A stretch of DNA of 64,000 nucleotides from an uncultured Eubacteriales bacterium (GTDB taxonomy: Bacteria; Bacillota; Clostridia; Christensenellales; CAG-138), in assembly GCA_900540495.1 (NCBI GenBank), contig UQGA01000001.1, positions 170,535-234,534 on the forward strand, given 5' to 3'. This document shows positions 8,691-21,100 of the stretch, piece by piece. The notes beneath the pieces are model-generated. The model was given only the letters and a program-made list of their open reading frames with translations. It had not been told where the DNA came from and did no database searches. The position numbers and the translations under genes are program-made. The stretch's first letter is position 1; every line of letters begins with the position of its first letter.

Positions 8691-9512
8691 TCAATCCGCA
8701 TAGAAGAACGAATTGCCGCCAATGGTCTGATAAAAAGTCTTGTCGCCCCAAACCTCGCCGAGCCGTTCCGCCCGGAAAAACAGCACCCCGGACGGCACGT
8801 TCGTATTGCCGTTGACGAACACATCCCGTGCATATTCGACGATCTCGTCAGGCGGTTCCGTCGATTCAAACGAACTGCCGTTGACCACCGAAAACTGGCT
8901 CTTGCGGTAGACCTCCGTGGTAATGGACGTCTCGCCGCCGCCGAAGCTTGCGGATTTGCAGCGGTTGTAGATCACGCTCAGCACGGCGCGGTACGCCGCT
9001 TCTCCCTTTCCCTTGGCCTCCAGGTAAGCGACCTTTGCCGCAAGCACCAGCTCCGCTTCCAAACCGGAGGCGGGGGTATCATCCTCATCCGGTACCGGCT
9101 CGGGGCTCGGTTTCTCCGTCGGCTCGGGGGTTGACTCCACCGGTTTCGGGGTGATCGCCGGCTCTTCGGTCGGCGTTGCCGTGGGTTTGGCTGTGGGCTT
9201 CGCGGTCGGTTTGGCGGTCGGTTTGGCCGTGGATTTGGCATCCCCCGAATCCTCCGCCGTCGGCGCCGGATCATCCGGTGCCGTGCTCGGCGAGGCGGTC
9301 GGCTCGGCCGTCGGCTCGGCCGTCGGTTCCGGCGTCGGCGTCGGGGCTTCCGGCGTCGGCGTCGGCGCGCTCAGTACGACCGACACTTCATCGTTCTCCA
9401 GCGCCAGCGCAATACGCTCAATCGCCGGAATGCGCGGCGCGCTCGTGCACGCGCACATCATCAACATACACAGAAGGCAACATGTCAAAATGATCCATCG
9501 ATACCGTTTCAT
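8691..9512 (-). CDS. Cell-wall hydrolase (SleB/CwlJ-type Hydrolase_2 domain) with signal peptide/possible lipobox and a long Pro/Thr/Ala/Glu-rich linker
   Basis: The N-terminus MKRYRWIILTCCLLCMLMMCACTSA looks like a signal peptide. The linker carries (EPTA)3 and (AKPT)4 repeats. The C-terminal ~110 aa (AKVAYLEAKGKGEAAYRAVLSVIYNR...FYQTIGGNSFFY) resemble the SleB catalytic domain. Confidence 0.75.
   Translation of the reverse strand: MKRYRWIILTCCLLCMLMMCACTSAPRIPAIERIALALENDEVSVVLSAPTPTPEAPTPTPEPTAEPTAEPTASPSTAPDDPAPTAEDSGDAKSTAKPTAKPTAKPTAKPTATPTEEPAITPKPVESTPEPTEKPSPEPVPDEDDTPASGLEAELVLAAKVAYLEAKGKGEAAYRAVLSVIYNRCKSASFGGGETSITTEVYRKSQFSVVNGSSFESTEPPDEIVEYARDVFVNGNTNVPSGVLFFRAERLGEVWGDKTFYQTIGGNSFFYAD
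9181..9240 (-). repeat. Five tandem 12-nt in-frame repeats encoding AK(S/P)T units inside the hydrolase linker
   Basis: Plus-strand reading: gtgggtttggct / gtgggcttcgcg / gtcggtttggcg / gtcggtttggcc / gtggatttggca. The flanking 9120-9375 is similarly low-complexity (EPTA, PTPE units). Confidence 0.85.
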
Positions 9513-9564
9513 GAATCGCTCTCCTTCCGGGCGATCCGCATTTTACATCCACTCCGTCGCCCGA

Positions 9565-10959
9565 TCACAGGATATACTTATGTATATCCTCATCGGTAAA
9601 TTCTTGCCGCAGCCGCTCGTTCACATACGCAGCATCGACAACCATATCGATCACCGGATGCTGACCGTTGGCATTGAACGAAACGTCGTCGAGCAGGTTC
9701 TCCAATACAGTATGCAGGCGGCGGGCGCCGATGTTCTCCGTGTTCTCATTGGCGAGGAACGCATAGCGGGCGATCTCGTCCAACGCCTCGTCGGTAAACG
9801 TCAGGTGGACGTTATCCGCCGACAGCAACGCCGCATACTGCTTGGTCACGGCGTTCTCCGGCTGCGTCAGAATCGCCTTAAAGTCCGCCTGCGACAGATC
9901 GTTGAGCTTCACGCGGATGGGAAAGCGTCCCTGCAACTCCGGGATTAGATCCGTGACCTTGGCCGTGTGGAACGCGCCGGCGGCGATGAACAGAATATAG
10001 TCCGTCTTGACCGGGCCGTACTTGGTGGAGACGGTCGATCCCTCGACGATGGGCAGGATATCCCGCTGCACGCCCTCGCGCGACACGTCCGGCCCGCCCA
10101 TGTTGCGGCCGCCGGCGATTTTATCGATCTCGTCGATGAAGATGATGCCGTCCTGTTCCGCCCGCTGCAGCGCGTCGCGCGTCACATCGTCCATGTCCAC
10201 GCGCTTTTCCGACTCCTGCTGGATGAGAACCCGGCGTGCTTCCGACACCGGCAGCTTGCGCCGTTTCGTCTTTTTGGGAAGAATGCCGCCCAGCATGTCG
10301 CCAAGGTTCATGTCGATCCCGACGGCGAGCATCGCATCGTTTGCGGGCGTGCGTTCCTCCACCTCGATCTCCACGAGCACATGCTCCAACTGGCCGGCGC
10401 GCAACTGCTGCAGCACCCTGTCCCGCTCGGACTGGAAGGCGCGCTTTTCCTCCTCGCTCATTGCGGGCTCCTTTTCCTTCTGCTCCGACGCGCCGGCAAA
10501 GAGCAACTGCAGCGGGTTGACGGCCGGCTGCCGCTCGCTCTTCTTCATGGGGACGAGCAGCTCCACGAGCCGCTGCTCCGCCGCCGCTTCCGCCACGAGG
10601 CGCACCTCCTCCATGCGTTGCGCCTTGCAGATTCGGATGGCCGCCTCCACGAGGTCGCGGATCATGGATTCCACATCGCGTCCGACGTAGCCCACCTCGG
10701 TAAACTTGGTCGCCTCCACCTTGACAAACGGCGCGTCGACGAGCTTGGCAAGCCGCCGGGCAATCTCCGTCTTGCCCACGCCGGTCGGCCCCATCATGAT
10801 GATATTCTTCGGGGTGATCTCCTCGCGCAGTTCCGGCGACAGGCAGCTGCGGCGGTAACGGTTGCGCAGCGCCACAGCCACGGCCCGTTTTGCGCGATCC
10901 TGCCCGACGATATATCTGTCGAGCGCCTCCACGATCTCCCGCGGCGTAAGCATGTTCAT
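9565..10959 (-). CDS. hslU: ATP-dependent protease ATPase subunit HslU
   Basis: 464 aa with Walker [16 protein letters not shown] and Walker [11 protein letters not shown]. The start overlaps the hslV stop (ATGA). Confidence 0.97.
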   Translation of the reverse strand: MNMLTPREIVEALDRYIVGQDRAKRAVAVALRNRYRRSCLSPELREEITPKNIIMMGPTGVGKTEIARRLAKLVDAPFVKVEATKFTEVGYVGRDVESMIRDLVEAAIRICKAQRMEEVRLVAEAAAEQRLVELLVPMKKSERQPAVNPLQLLFAGASEQKEKEPAMSEEEKRAFQSERDRVLQQLRAGQLEHVLVEIEVEERTPANDAMLAVGIDMNLGDMLGGILPKKTKRRKLPVSEARRVLIQQESEKRVDMDDVTRDALQRAEQDGIIFIDEIDKIAGGRNMGGPDVSREGVQRDILPIVEGSTVSTKYGPVKTDYILFIAAGAFHTAKVTDLIPELQGRFPIRVKLNDLSQADFKAILTQPENAVTKQYAALLSADNVHLTFTDEALDEIARYAFLANENTENIGARRLHTVLENLLDDVSFNANGQHPVIDMVVDAAYVNERLRQEFTDEDIHKYIL

Positions 10960-11495
10960 GCCTCCACCTCCTCGACAACGAGATTGCCGTTGGTATAAAT
11001 ACAGATATCGCCCGCAATCCTGAGGGACCGCTCGGCGATCTCCCGTGCGGACAAGTCCGTGTTCTGGCGAAGCGCCTTGGCGGCGGCCAACGCGTACATG
11101 CCGCCGGAACCGATGGCGGCAATGCCGTCATCCGGATCGATGACCTCGCCGGTGCCGGAGAGAATCAGCAGCTCCCTGCCGTCCGTGGCGATGAGGAGCG
11201 CCTCGAGCTTGTGCATGATCTTGTCGCTGCGCCAGTCCTGTGCGAGCGAAACCGCCGCGCGCGTGAGCGCCCCGCTGTACTGCTCCAGCTTCTGCTCAAA
11301 CCGTTCGCAGAGCGAAAAGGCGTCCGCCACGGTGCCGGCAAACCCGACCACGACCCGGTCGTGGTAAATGCGGCGCACCTTGCGCGCATGCGCCTTCATG
11401 ACGTTCGCGTTGTTCATCGTTACCTGTCCGTCGCCTGCCACGGCACAGCGGCCGTCCTTGCGCACGGCGAGGATTGTCGTTCCGCGAAGCTCCAT
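10956..11495 (-). CDS. hslV: ATP-dependent protease subunit HslV
   Basis: [26 protein letters not shown] gives the N-terminal Thr nucleophile context. ATG 11495 has GGAGGG 10 nt upstream; the track start 11513 is a TTG. Confidence 0.93.
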   Translation of the reverse strand: MELRGTTILAVRKDGRCAVAGDGQVTMNNANVMKAHARKVRRIYHDRVVVGFAGTVADAFSLCERFEQKLEQYSGALTRAAVSLAQDWRSDKIMHKLEALLIATDGRELLILSGTGEVIDPDDGIAAIGSGGMYALAAAKALRQNTDLSAREIAERSLRIAGDICIYTNGNLVVEEVEA

Positions 11496-11540
11496 TCGAT
11501 GTCGACCCTCCAATATCCTCGGTCATTTTTCCTATTCTAA

Positions 11541-11568
11541 CATAAAACCGGGCGAAAATCGCCCGGTT
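11541..11568 (-). terminator. Rho-independent terminator after trmFO
   Basis: Minus strand: AACCGGGCG-atttt-CGCCCGGTT (9-bp stem beginning at the TAA stop), followed by TTTATGTT. Confidence 0.7.
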
Positions 11569-12866
11569 TACAAAGACGTTTTCAATTCTTTTACGATTTG
11601 GAGGGCGCGCTGCGCCATCGCCAGATATCGTTCGCGCTTGCCGCGCGGCGGCGACGGCAACGGTTCCATAATGCCGAACGTCACGTTCATCGGCTGGAAA
11701 TCGCCGCCCGCATAGCCGGAGACATAGTGCGCAAGGGCCCCGATGGCCGTCGTGCGCGGCACGTCCACAGGCGGCAGACCAAGTCGCTGACGCGCCAGCG
11801 CCGCGCCGGCGAGCAGCCCGCTCGCGGCCGACTCCACATACCCCTCCACGCCCGTAATCTGCCCCGCAAAGTACAGGCCGGGATGCGCCAGCATCTGATA
11901 GCGGCTGTCGAGCAGGCTGGGGCTGGGCAGGAACGTGTTGCGGTGCATCACGCCATAGCGCACATACTCGGCGTTTGCAAGGCCGGGGATCATGCCGAAC
12001 ACACGGCGCTGCTCGGAAAATTTCAAATTGGTCTGGAATCCGACGATATTCCACAGCGTGCCGGCGGCATCGTCCTGCCGCAACTGTACCACGGCAAACG
12101 GGCGACGCCCGTCGCGCAGGAGCCCCACCGGTTTCATCGGTCCGTAGGCAAGTGTCAGCTCGCCGCGCCTTGCCATGGCCTCCACGGGCATGCAGCCCTC
12201 GAATACCCGCGGCGTTTCAAACGTGTGCAACGGCACGGTCTGTGCGCTCACAAGCGCGCGGTAGAACGCAAAATACTCCTCCCGCGTCATCGGGCAGTTG
12301 AGATAATCGGCCCCGCGGTCGTACCGCGAAGCGCGAAACGCGACGGTATGGTCGATGGAATCGTACGTGACGACCGGGGCGGCCGCATCATAAAAATGAA
12401 GCCCGCCGCCCACCAGCGCGGCAATGCGCGAGGAAAGCGCCTCCGATGTGAGCGGCCCGGTGGCGATGATCGCGGGCGGCTTCGGCAGTTCGGTGATCTC
12501 GCCCGTGTGGACGGTGATGCGCGGGTTTTCCAGGATGGCCTGCGTCACCATGCGGGAAAAGCCCTCCCGATCCACCGCAAGCGCGCCGCCCGCGGGCACG
12601 CGCGTCGCATCCGCACAGCGCAGGATCAGCGAGTCGAGCGCGCGCATCTCCTCCTTGAGCAGCCCCACCGCATTCTCCAGCCGGTCGGAGCGCAGGGAGT
12701 TGGAGCAGACGAGTTCGGCAAACCCGTCGCCGCGATGCGCGGGCGTGCGCTTCTCCGGCTTCATCTCATACAGATCGACGCAAATGCCGTGGCGGGCCAA
12801 ACGGTCGGCCGCCTCGCAGCCGGCCAGGCCCGCGCCGACGACGGCGACGCGCGGCGCGTCACTCAT
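11568..12866 (-). CDS. trmFO: Methylenetetrahydrofolate-tRNA-(uracil54-C5)-methyltransferase TrmFO (Gid)
   Basis: 432 aa with FAD motif [12 protein letters not shown] and [12 protein letters not shown]. It is positioned after topA, as in Bacillus. Confidence 0.95.
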   Translation of the reverse strand: MSDAPRVAVVGAGLAGCEAADRLARHGICVDLYEMKPEKRTPAHRGDGFAELVCSNSLRSDRLENAVGLLKEEMRALDSLILRCADATRVPAGGALAVDREGFSRMVTQAILENPRITVHTGEITELPKPPAIIATGPLTSEALSSRIAALVGGGLHFYDAAAPVVTYDSIDHTVAFRASRYDRGADYLNCPMTREEYFAFYRALVSAQTVPLHTFETPRVFEGCMPVEAMARRGELTLAYGPMKPVGLLRDGRRPFAVVQLRQDDAAGTLWNIVGFQTNLKFSEQRRVFGMIPGLANAEYVRYGVMHRNTFLPSPSLLDSRYQMLAHPGLYFAGQITGVEGYVESAASGLLAGAALARQRLGLPPVDVPRTTAIGALAHYVSGYAGGDFQPMNVTFGIMEPLPSPPRGKRERYLAMAQRALQIVKELKTSL

Positions 12867-14958
12867 CCTGTTTCTCCCGTCTGCCGCGCCGGATAAAATC
12901 GCACGCGCGGTTCATGCAGGCGATATACGTGCCGTTGCGTCCGACGCGCTGCACGAGCAGCGATCCGCACTTGGGGCAGTGCTCGTTGATGGGCTTGTCC
13001 CACGACACGAAATCGCACTCCGGATATCGCTCGCAGCCATAGAACGCGCGTTTGGCCCCCTTCTTGCTCCTGCGCTTGATGAGCGCCGCGCCGCATTTGG
13101 GGCATGGCACGTCGAGCTTTTCCACGATTGGCTTGGTATTCCTGCAGGCCGGATAGTTGGGACAGGCAAGAAACTCGCCGTAGCGCCCCAGCTTGTACAC
13201 CATCATGGCGCCACATTTATCACACGGCACGTCGGAAACGCGGTCCGGCAGGCGCACGGCTTCGCGCTCGAGCGCCTCGGAAACGCTTTTCTCGAACGGG
13301 CCATAAAAGCGGGAGAGCATGTTCGTCCACTCGACCTCGCCCTCCTCCACGCCGTCGAGCTGCTGCTCCATGCCGGCGGTGAAGGAGATGTCCACGATGT
13401 TCGGGAAGTTCCTGCACATCCAGTCGTTCACGATCACGCCCAGCTCCGTCGGGTGCAGCAGTTTCTTTTCGCGCGCGATATAACCCCGATCGATGATCGT
13501 GGAGATCGTGGGCGCATAGGTGCTTGGACGGCCGATGCCCTTCTCCTCAAGCGTTTTGACAAGCGTGGCCTCGGTATACCGCGGCGGCGGCTGCGTAAAC
13601 CGCTGCTCGCTCTCCGCCCTGATCTGCCGGAACGCATCGCCCTCGGCGATGGGCGGCAGCGCGACCTCCTTTTCCGGCACGTCGTCCCGCCCCTCGGTAT
13701 ACACCGCGGTGAAGCCGTCGAACAGTACGCGCGACCCGTTCGCCTTGAACGTACAGCCGTTGACGTCGAACGTGACGGCCGTGGTCGCCAGGTGCGCCTC
13801 CGCCATCTGGCTGGCAAGAAAGCGCTCGTAGACGAGTTTATACAGCCGATACTGGTCGCTCGAGAGATACGCCTTCAGCTCGGCCGGCGTATTCCCGATA
13901 TCGGTCGGCCGAATGGCCTCGTGCGCATCCTGCGCGCCGGAACGGCCGCGGTATACGTTCGGCTTGGCCGGCAGATACGCCTTGCCGTAGCGCGCCTCGA
14001 TGTGGGCAAGCGCCGCCCGCTGCGCCTCGTCCGCCACGCGCACCGAATCGGTACGGATATAGGAGATGAGGCCGACCGGGCCGCGATTGCCGATGTCGAC
14101 GCCCTCATAGAGCTGCTGGGCGACCACCATCGTCCGCTTGGTCGTAAAGTTCAGCTTGCGCGCCGCCTCCTGTTGCAGGCTGCTCGTGGTGAACGGCGGC
14201 GCCGCGTGGCGGGTCTTCTCGCTTTCCCTGACCTCGACGGCGGTAAAGGGCCTGTCCTGGATGCGCGCAAGCACGGCCTGCGTGTCCGCCTCCGTGCGCA
14301 ACTCGCGCTTCTTGCCGTTTTCGCCAAAATAGCGCGCCTCAAAGGTCTTCTTTCCATCGCCCGTGCCAAGCGTGGCGGTGACAAGCCAGTATTCCTCCGG
14401 CTCGAACGCCTCGATCTCGCGCTCCCGATCGCAGATGATGCGCACCGCGACCGACTGCACCCGGCCGCCGGAGAGGCCCTTGCGGACCTTTTTCCAGAGC
14501 ACCTCGCTGATCTCGTAGCCCACCAGCCGGTCGAGCACACGGCGCGCCTGCTGGGCGTTGACCAGCCGCATGTCGATGGGGCGCACGTTGCGGATGGAGT
14601 TCTTCACCGCGCTGGATGTGATCTCGTTGAACACGATGCGGCACTTGCTCGTCTCATCGAGCTTGAGCACATGCGCCAGATGCCACGAAATGGCCTCGCC
14701 CTCGCGGTCAGGGTCGGTGGCAAGATAGATTTTCGACGCGCTCTTGGCTTCCTTTCTGATGCGCTCAAGCACATCGCCGCGGCCGCGCAGCGTGATGTAC
14801 CGCGGTGCAAAATCATGCGCGGTATCCACGCCGAGCTGGCTCTTGGGCAGGTCGCGCACATGTCCGTTGGACGCGACCACCCGGTACCGGCTGCCCAGAA
14901 ATTTCCCTATCGTTTTCGCCTTTGCGGGCGACTCCACAATGACAAGCGCATCCGCCAT
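12859..14958 (-). CDS. topA: DNA topoisomerase I
   Basis: Contains TOPRIM ([18 protein letters not shown]), the active-site Tyr region ([10 protein letters not shown]) and three C-terminal CxxC...CxxC zinc ribbons. ATG 14958 has GGGAGGG upstream; the track start 14976 is an extension. Confidence 0.97.
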   Translation of the reverse strand: MADALVIVESPAKAKTIGKFLGSRYRVVASNGHVRDLPKSQLGVDTAHDFAPRYITLRGRGDVLERIRKEAKSASKIYLATDPDREGEAISWHLAHVLKLDETSKCRIVFNEITSSAVKNSIRNVRPIDMRLVNAQQARRVLDRLVGYEISEVLWKKVRKGLSGGRVQSVAVRIICDREREIEAFEPEEYWLVTATLGTGDGKKTFEARYFGENGKKRELRTEADTQAVLARIQDRPFTAVEVRESEKTRHAAPPFTTSSLQQEAARKLNFTTKRTMVVAQQLYEGVDIGNRGPVGLISYIRTDSVRVADEAQRAALAHIEARYGKAYLPAKPNVYRGRSGAQDAHEAIRPTDIGNTPAELKAYLSSDQYRLYKLVYERFLASQMAEAHLATTAVTFDVNGCTFKANGSRVLFDGFTAVYTEGRDDVPEKEVALPPIAEGDAFRQIRAESEQRFTQPPPRYTEATLVKTLEEKGIGRPSTYAPTISTIIDRGYIAREKKLLHPTELGVIVNDWMCRNFPNIVDISFTAGMEQQLDGVEEGEVEWTNMLSRFYGPFEKSVSEALEREAVRLPDRVSDVPCDKCGAMMVYKLGRYGEFLACPNYPACRNTKPIVEKLDVPCPKCGAALIKRRSKKGAKRAFYGCERYPECDFVSWDKPINEHCPKCGSLLVQRVGRNGTYIACMNRACDFIRRGRREKQDE

Positions 14959-14979
14959 GCCAGACGTCCCTCCCAACGT

Positions 14980-16140
14980 TCAATCCTCCGTCAACGCGAC
15001 GTTCAACGCGTCCAACGCGTACAACCGCCCGGACAGCGGCTTAATTATTCCCGAAAACTGCAATCCTGTCAAGAGCGAGTTTAACTCGCCCACCGGAATC
15101 GACAATTCCTCCGCCAGATCGTCAAAGCTGCGCTCGCCGCGCGCAAGCGCATCGCACACCGCCCGTTCCCCCGCCTGCAGCGAAGAACGGGGAATGCGCT
15201 TGACGCCATGCGCAAACGCATCGTATTCGTCCGCAAGCTCGAATTCCTCCAGTACATCCCCGACGCAGAACACGGGCTTGGCCTCGCCGCGCTGAATCAT
15301 GCGGTTGGCGCCCACGCTCTGCAGATCCGTAATGCGGCCCGGCACGGCGAACACCTCCCGTCCCTGGTCGAGCGCATATCCGGCGGTGATCGACGTGCCG
15401 CTGCGCTCCCCGGCCTCCACGACGAGCACGCCGCGCGCCATGCCGCTGATGATGCGGTTGCGGATGGGGAAATTTTCCCTGAGCGGTCGCGTGCCGGGCA
15501 AAAACTCCGTTACCACCGCGCCGCGCGCGGCAATCTGTTCGTACAGTTCGCGGTGGGAGGCCGGATATACCACGTCAATGCCGGAGCCGAGCACGGCGAC
15601 CGTCGGATACGGAGATTCCTCGCAACCGAGCGCACCGCGCGCCGCGCATCCGTCGATGCCCTCCGCCATGCCGGATATGATGGTGCCGCCCGCCGCCGCC
15701 AGTTCGCGTGCGAAGAGCTGCGCCACATCGCGTCCATACTGCGTGCACCGGCGCGAACCGACGACGGCCAACGGCAGGCGCATATCGCCCCGCAGCCGGC
15801 CGCGGTAAAACAGCAGGGGCGGCGCATCCGAAATCTCTCTGAGCAGCGCCGGATAATCCTCGTCGTCCAGCAGGCAGACGCCCACGCCGTGCTGGGCGAG
15901 CCATGCCTCATACCGGTCGAGAAAGCCGTCCTGCGCCGCGCGCAGCAGGCGCTCGGCCACGGGTTCCGGCAGAGCGGATATGGCGGCGCGCGAAGCGTGT
16001 GCAGCCAGGCGGTATGCCTCCGAAAGCTCCGGCAGCCGAGCGGCCGTCTGCCGGAACTGCCGTGCGCTGCCCGATACGCCGTAATGCAGCCAGAGCCACA
16101 GCCGGCGGCGTTCCTCCGTTGCACAAGCGGCGGTGCTCAT
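14980..16140 (-). CDS. dprA: DNA-processing protein DprA (Smf)
   Basis: DprA Rossmann-like core ([43 protein letters not shown]). ATG 16140 overlaps the comM stop (ATGA), so the track ORF was trimmed. Confidence 0.9.
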   Translation of the reverse strand: MSTAACATEERRRLWLWLHYGVSGSARQFRQTAARLPELSEAYRLAAHASRAAISALPEPVAERLLRAAQDGFLDRYEAWLAQHGVGVCLLDDEDYPALLREISDAPPLLFYRGRLRGDMRLPLAVVGSRRCTQYGRDVAQLFARELAAAGGTIISGMAEGIDGCAARGALGCEESPYPTVAVLGSGIDVVYPASHRELYEQIAARGAVVTEFLPGTRPLRENFPIRNRIISGMARGVLVVEAGERSGTSITAGYALDQGREVFAVPGRITDLQSVGANRMIQRGEAKPVFCVGDVLEEFELADEYDAFAHGVKRIPRSSLQAGERAVCDALARGERSFDDLAEELSIPVGELNSLLTGLQFSGIIKPLSGRLYALDALNVALTED

Positions 16141-17657
16141 CGCACGTTCATGTCGAGGCTCCTGTACTGGATCGCCTCGGCGTAATGCCGTTCCAAAATG
16201 GCCTCGCTCCCCTCGAGATCCGCAATCGTGCGCGCGACCTTCAGAATGCGCTGATAGGCGCGCGCGGACAGGCGCAACTGGGCAAACGCCTGCCGGAGCA
16301 GCCGCTCCGACGCACCCTGCGGCGAACAATAGGCGCGCACCTGTTGTGTGTTCATCTGCGCGTTACAAAGAATGCCCTCTTCGTCAAACCGGGCGCGCTG
16401 GCGTGCCCGCGCGGCGTTCACACGCGCGCGCACGGCGCTCGACGGCTCGCCCCTGGCGCGGTCGGACAGCTCACGATACCCCACCTCCGGCATCTCGATA
16501 TGGATATCGATGCGGTCCAGCAGCGGGCCGGACACGCGCGCCCGGTAGCGCTGGATCTGAGCCGCCGTACAGCGGCACGGCTGCGTGCGCGAACCCGCGT
16601 TGCCGCAGGGGCAGGGGTTCATCGCCGCAACGAGCATGAACTCCGCCGGGTAGGTGACCGTAGCGGCGATGCGGCTGACGGTCACCGTCCCATCCTCAAG
16701 CGGCTGGCGCAGCGCCTCCAGCACGTCCCGCTGAAACTCCGGCAGCTCGTCAAGAAACAGCACGCCGAGATGCGCAAGGCTGATCTCGCCCGGCATCGCG
16801 CGCGTGCCGCCGCCCACGAGCGCCGGCGCCGAAGCGCCGTGATGCGGCGCGCGGAACGGCCGCTCCATGACCACGCCCTTCCCCGCCGTCAGCCCGGACA
16901 CGGAGTGGATCTTCGTAATCTCGAGCGCCTCGCCGAGCGTCAGTTCCGGCAGGATGGAGGGAATGCTGCGCGCGAGCATGGTTTTGCCGGAACCCGGCGT
17001 ACCGATCATGAGCATGTTGTGCCCGCCCGCCACGGCGATCTCCGCCGCGCGCTTTGCGCCCTGCTGGCCCTTGATTTCCGAAAAATCCGAACCATAGGTC
17101 AGCTCTGCGGCGCTCCAGGTGCGCACCGGGCATGGCTCGATGCGCTGCACGCCGCGCAGATGCGCCACCAGCTCGCCGAGCGAACCGACCGGCAGCACCT
17201 CCAGATCCGACAGATACGCCACCTCCGCCGCGTTGCCCGCCGGCACCGCGATCGTACGGCAGCCGCCGCCATACGCGCTGAGCGCCATCGGGAGCACGCC
17301 GGCAACCGGGCGCACCGTCCCATCGAGCGCAAGCTCGCCAAGAATGACAAGCCCGTCGGCAGCGCCGGGCGGGATCTGTCCGGAGGCGGCCAGCAGCGCG
17401 ACGGCGATGGGCAGATCGTACACGGCGCCCTCCTTGCGCATGCCGGCGGGCGCAAGGCTGATCGTGATATGCGCGGTGGGAAAGCTGAAGCCGGAATTGC
17501 GCACGGCGGCGCGCACGCGCTCGCGCGATTCGCGCACGGCGGCGTCCGGCAACCCGACCGTGTCATAAGCCGGCAGTCCGCCGGAAAGATCCGCCTCCAC
17601 CGTCACCGGAAAGCCGGCGACGCCGCAAAGGCCATGGCTCGTCACGCTTGCAAGCAC
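16137..17657 (-). CDS. comM: YifB/ComM-family Mg-chelatase-like AAA+ ATPase
   Basis: Lon-like N-domain, Walker [16 protein letters not shown] and Walker [12 protein letters not shown]. The start codon is GTG 17657, preceded by GGGAAGGGAGGG. Confidence 0.92.
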   Translation of the reverse strand: MLASVTSHGLCGVAGFPVTVEADLSGGLPAYDTVGLPDAAVRESRERVRAAVRNSGFSFPTAHITISLAPAGMRKEGAVYDLPIAVALLAASGQIPPGAADGLVILGELALDGTVRPVAGVLPMALSAYGGGCRTIAVPAGNAAEVAYLSDLEVLPVGSLGELVAHLRGVQRIEPCPVRTWSAAELTYGSDFSEIKGQQGAKRAAEIAVAGGHNMLMIGTPGSGKTMLARSIPSILPELTLGEALEITKIHSVSGLTAGKGVVMERPFRAPHHGASAPALVGGGTRAMPGEISLAHLGVLFLDELPEFQRDVLEALRQPLEDGTVTVSRIAATVTYPAEFMLVAAMNPCPCGNAGSRTQPCRCTAAQIQRYRARVSGPLLDRIDIHIEMPEVGYRELSDRARGEPSSAVRARVNAARARQRARFDEEGILCNAQMNTQQVRAYCSPQGASERLLRQAFAQLRLSARAYQRILKVARTIADLEGSEAILERHYAEAIQYRSLDMNVR

Positions 17658-17660
17658 CGG

Positions 17661-18143
17661 TCACGCCCTCCCTTCCCCGCCGGCACTGCGGAACACAAAC
17701 AGGCGGTTCCCGATAAAATTGACCACGATCGCCACGGGTGTGGCGATGAGTTTGCAGACCGTATCGCCCTTGACAAATGAGGCAAGGAACGCCGGTATCC
17801 ACGAAGCGACCCAGGCATCCGAAATGGCCAGCACGTTGCGGCAGAACCAGATGGCCGCAAGCGACACGCCAAGCGACACAAGGTTGACCAGCAGGAACGT
17901 GACGACCTCCCGCGCGCTGCGCGTGCGCGTATCCCGAAACGTCCAACTGCTGTTCCAAAGATAGCTGTTGGCCACGCCGCAACAGTATCCGACGATCTGC
18001 GCCAGATATGTCCAGCCCACCAGCAGGTTGAACGCCTGGAACACGAGGAAATCGACCAGCGTGTTGAACACGCCCACCACGGCGAACTTGATGAACTGCA
18101 CGGCCGTGCTCCTGGCGCCGTCCTGCGCCGGTTCATGCGCCAT
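17661..18143 (-). CDS. GtrA-family membrane protein (putative polyprenyl-phosphate-sugar flippase)
   Basis: 160 aa with four TM segments. FIKFAVVGVFNTLVDFLVF...ANSYLWNSSWTF is typical of the GtrA/GtcA family. It overlaps the upstream glycosyltransferase stop by 11 nt. Confidence 0.85.
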   Translation of the reverse strand: MAHEPAQDGARSTAVQFIKFAVVGVFNTLVDFLVFQAFNLLVGWTYLAQIVGYCCGVANSYLWNSSWTFRDTRTRSAREVVTFLLVNLVSLGVSLAAIWFCRNVLAISDAWVASWIPAFLASFVKGDTVCKLIATPVAIVVNFIGNRLFVFRSAGGEGRA

Positions 18144-21100
18144 ACATCAGCCCCCCTCCCGGCAGGCACTTGATGATCTTCGCCCACCATGCGGGGATCG
18201 GAAGCCCCGACAGCCCCGGATACAGCAGAACGAACAGCGCCGCCGCCACGCCGAGCCAGATCCATTTCACCCTGCCGAGCCGCGGATACCGCTCCTCCAG
18301 CCGCTCGAGCAGATATACCGCCGCCATGAGAATAAACGGTACCGTGGTAAAGAAATGATAGATGAACGTGCATCGCGGCACGAGCACCCACGGCAGATAG
18401 TTCGCCAGTATGCCGACGCAGATGATCTGCAACGCCCGGTCCGGCCGGATGCGGCGGGTAACGCGCAGCCCGAGCAGGATCGGCGCCGCGACCGCCCCCA
18501 CCCACCAGACGGCCGGGTTGCCGGAGGCCGTCAACGTGGAGACGGTGCCGGCGGCGCTATCGTTACCGGAGTAGTACCACATGGGGCGCAGCGTGAACGG
18601 CCACTGCCACCAGGCGGACTGGTACGGATGCGTGGCCGTCAGGCCGCTGTGATAATCGTACATGAACTCCTGATAGCGCCAGAGCGTGGAGAACGCCTCC
18701 CGCAATCCATACCCCTGCGTCGAGCCGGCCTCGTAGATATAGTACGGCAGATAGGCGCAAAAATAGATGGTAAACGGGATGAGCAGGAAAAACAGGCAGC
18801 ACCAGAGCAACGTGAACAGCACGTTTCGCCAGTAACCCATGGCCAACTGGCGCTCCCGCTCCGAACCGCAGAGCAACCGCCCGCGCTCCCGGTAGCGGGC
18901 GATCAGCGAACCGAAGAACAGCACCGCCAGCCCGCCGCCGGCATAGATGCACGTCCACTTGCTCGCCGCGCCGAGACCGAAGAACAGGCCGGAGAGCGCA
19001 AGCGGCCGGAGGGTCCTCTTCCATCCATCCGCATAGAAGTTCATCGTGATGTATTCGTACATGAAGTAATACATCAGCAGAATGAAGAACACGGCGTACA
19101 CGTCGATGGTGGCGATGCGCGTCTGCGTAAAGTGCATGAAATCGACCGCAAACAGCGCCGTGCACAGGAACGCATAGGTGGTCTTCCTGAACAGCCGCTT
19201 GCCGAACAGGTACAGCACCGGCAGCATCGCCACGCCCACAAGCGCGCCCATGATGCGCCAGCCGAATGGATTCATCCCGAAAATCGCTATGCCGATGGAG
19301 ATGATGAGCTTGCCCAGCGGCGGATGCGAGTTCTCATACGGGGCAAGGTTGTGCAGGTGTTCGTAAGCCGTGCGCGCATGATACAGCTCGTCGAAATACA
19401 TGCCGTTGAAATACGACGGCGATTCCGGTACGGTATCCTGCTCGTCGAGCAGCGCCGCCTGCGTGCCGACGGGGTCCACCACGCGCGCCTCAATCAGTTC
19501 GCCCGCTTCGTCAAAGAAGGCGATCTCATTGATGTTCAGGCTGTTGCCCACGCATTGCAGCGTGAGCGTACGCGCGGTAAAGCCCGTTTCCACGCGTTGC
19601 CAGCGGAACATGTTGTCATAGAGCTGCTCATACTGCTCCTCATGTCCGTCGTCGGCGCGCAGCAGCATGAGCCCATCGTTCTGAATATTGCCATATACCC
19701 AGTATTCGCTGACGGTCGTTTCCTCCGCAAACGCGATGGTGACGATCTCGCCGGTAGACTGCGGCGTCCAATTCGTTTCCGGCGCCGAGAGCGTCCCGAG
19801 GTTCACAAGCGAAACCGCGCCGTACAGCAGCGTCACCGCCAGCATAAGGATCGTATCGCGCCGGGTGAGATGCAGGCGGTTGTCCGTCGGCTCCAGAGGC
19901 TGCATCGGTTCCGGCTGCTCAAAAACGGGCTGCCAGCCGCCCGCCGCAGCGCCGCGAGCCGCCGCCGGAACCGGTCCGTGAATGTTACCGCGCACGAGGA
20001 TGTCGATCGAGATCCAGACCAGATACAGACAGGCGAGCACCATCATCGCAGAGCCAAAACGCGTGAGCGCGTCGTAGGCAGCCCCGCGCAACTCCATCCG
20101 GTTGATGATGTAGATTGCACCCAGCAGGTTGATCAGCAGCGGCACCGTGACCGCCCCGAAGGCGATGAGAAGCCGGCGGTCCCGCTCATACAGATAGGCC
20201 ATGAGCAGCAGCAGCAGAGCGGGGAACAGATACCGCTCGTGCATGTAATGGCCGAACGTGAAGATGACCATAAGCATACATGCCGCCGCCAGATACAGCG
20301 CCCCCTCCCGCCGCTTGCATGCGCGCAGCGCCGAGAGCGTCAGCCGCTCTTCGCCCGCCGGCAGCACAAGGAACGAGCGCAGGAACAGGAACGCGCCGAG
20401 CAGCACCGCGGCCCCGATAAAGACGGGCCCCAGAATGGAATACGGCACGCCCAGCACGGGGCTCTCCACCGGCGCCCAGTTGAGCCCGAGCAGTGCCGGG
20501 AAGTTGTACGCCTCAATGGTCGCATACGGGTAGGAGCTGATCGTGTTCAGATAGCGGTCCACAAGATAGAACAGGTCCTGATCGCCCTTGAACGGCAACG
20601 AGCCGACGAACAGCACCAGCAGCGCCGCCAGTACCGCCAGCGCCGTGCGCAGCAGACGCTTCTTCCAGTCCGCGGAAACGACGATCAATGCCAGATATGC
20701 CACCGCCAGGATCGGGCCGAACATGAGCGCCTGCGGCTTGAACAGGATGGCAAGCCCGAACACCGCGCCCGCAAGGATCAGCCGATCCGCCCAGAGCAGA
20801 TAGATCGCCCCGACAATGCCGAGCGTGAGCAGCGAGTCAATCTGCCCCCACGCGCCGGAGATAAACATGGCCGCCGGGTTAAAGGCGAGAACCGCGCACA
20901 GCACGAGCGCAAACGATTCGCGCATGCCCCGCCGGCGGGCAATGCGATACACCAGATAGGCCGATGCGAGATCCGCAATGGTCGCGGGCAGCTTGAACAG
21001 GAACACCATGCCCGCGCTGCCGTAGGACAGGTTCAGCACGCGGCACAGCCAGGAGATCGCGCCACACACATACATATAGCCCGGCGGATAGTCCGCAAAT

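Noticed and set aside
12424-15084. 886-aa plus-strand ORF. Similar long plus-strand ORFs occur at 7014-9134, 41561-43864, 44184-46241, 48096-50015, 15903-17780 and 50870-52294.
   Set aside because: All are antisense to strongly supported genes (topA, rnj, pnp, ribF/truB, infB, comM, nusA). All lack motifs and SD sequences and have skewed composition.
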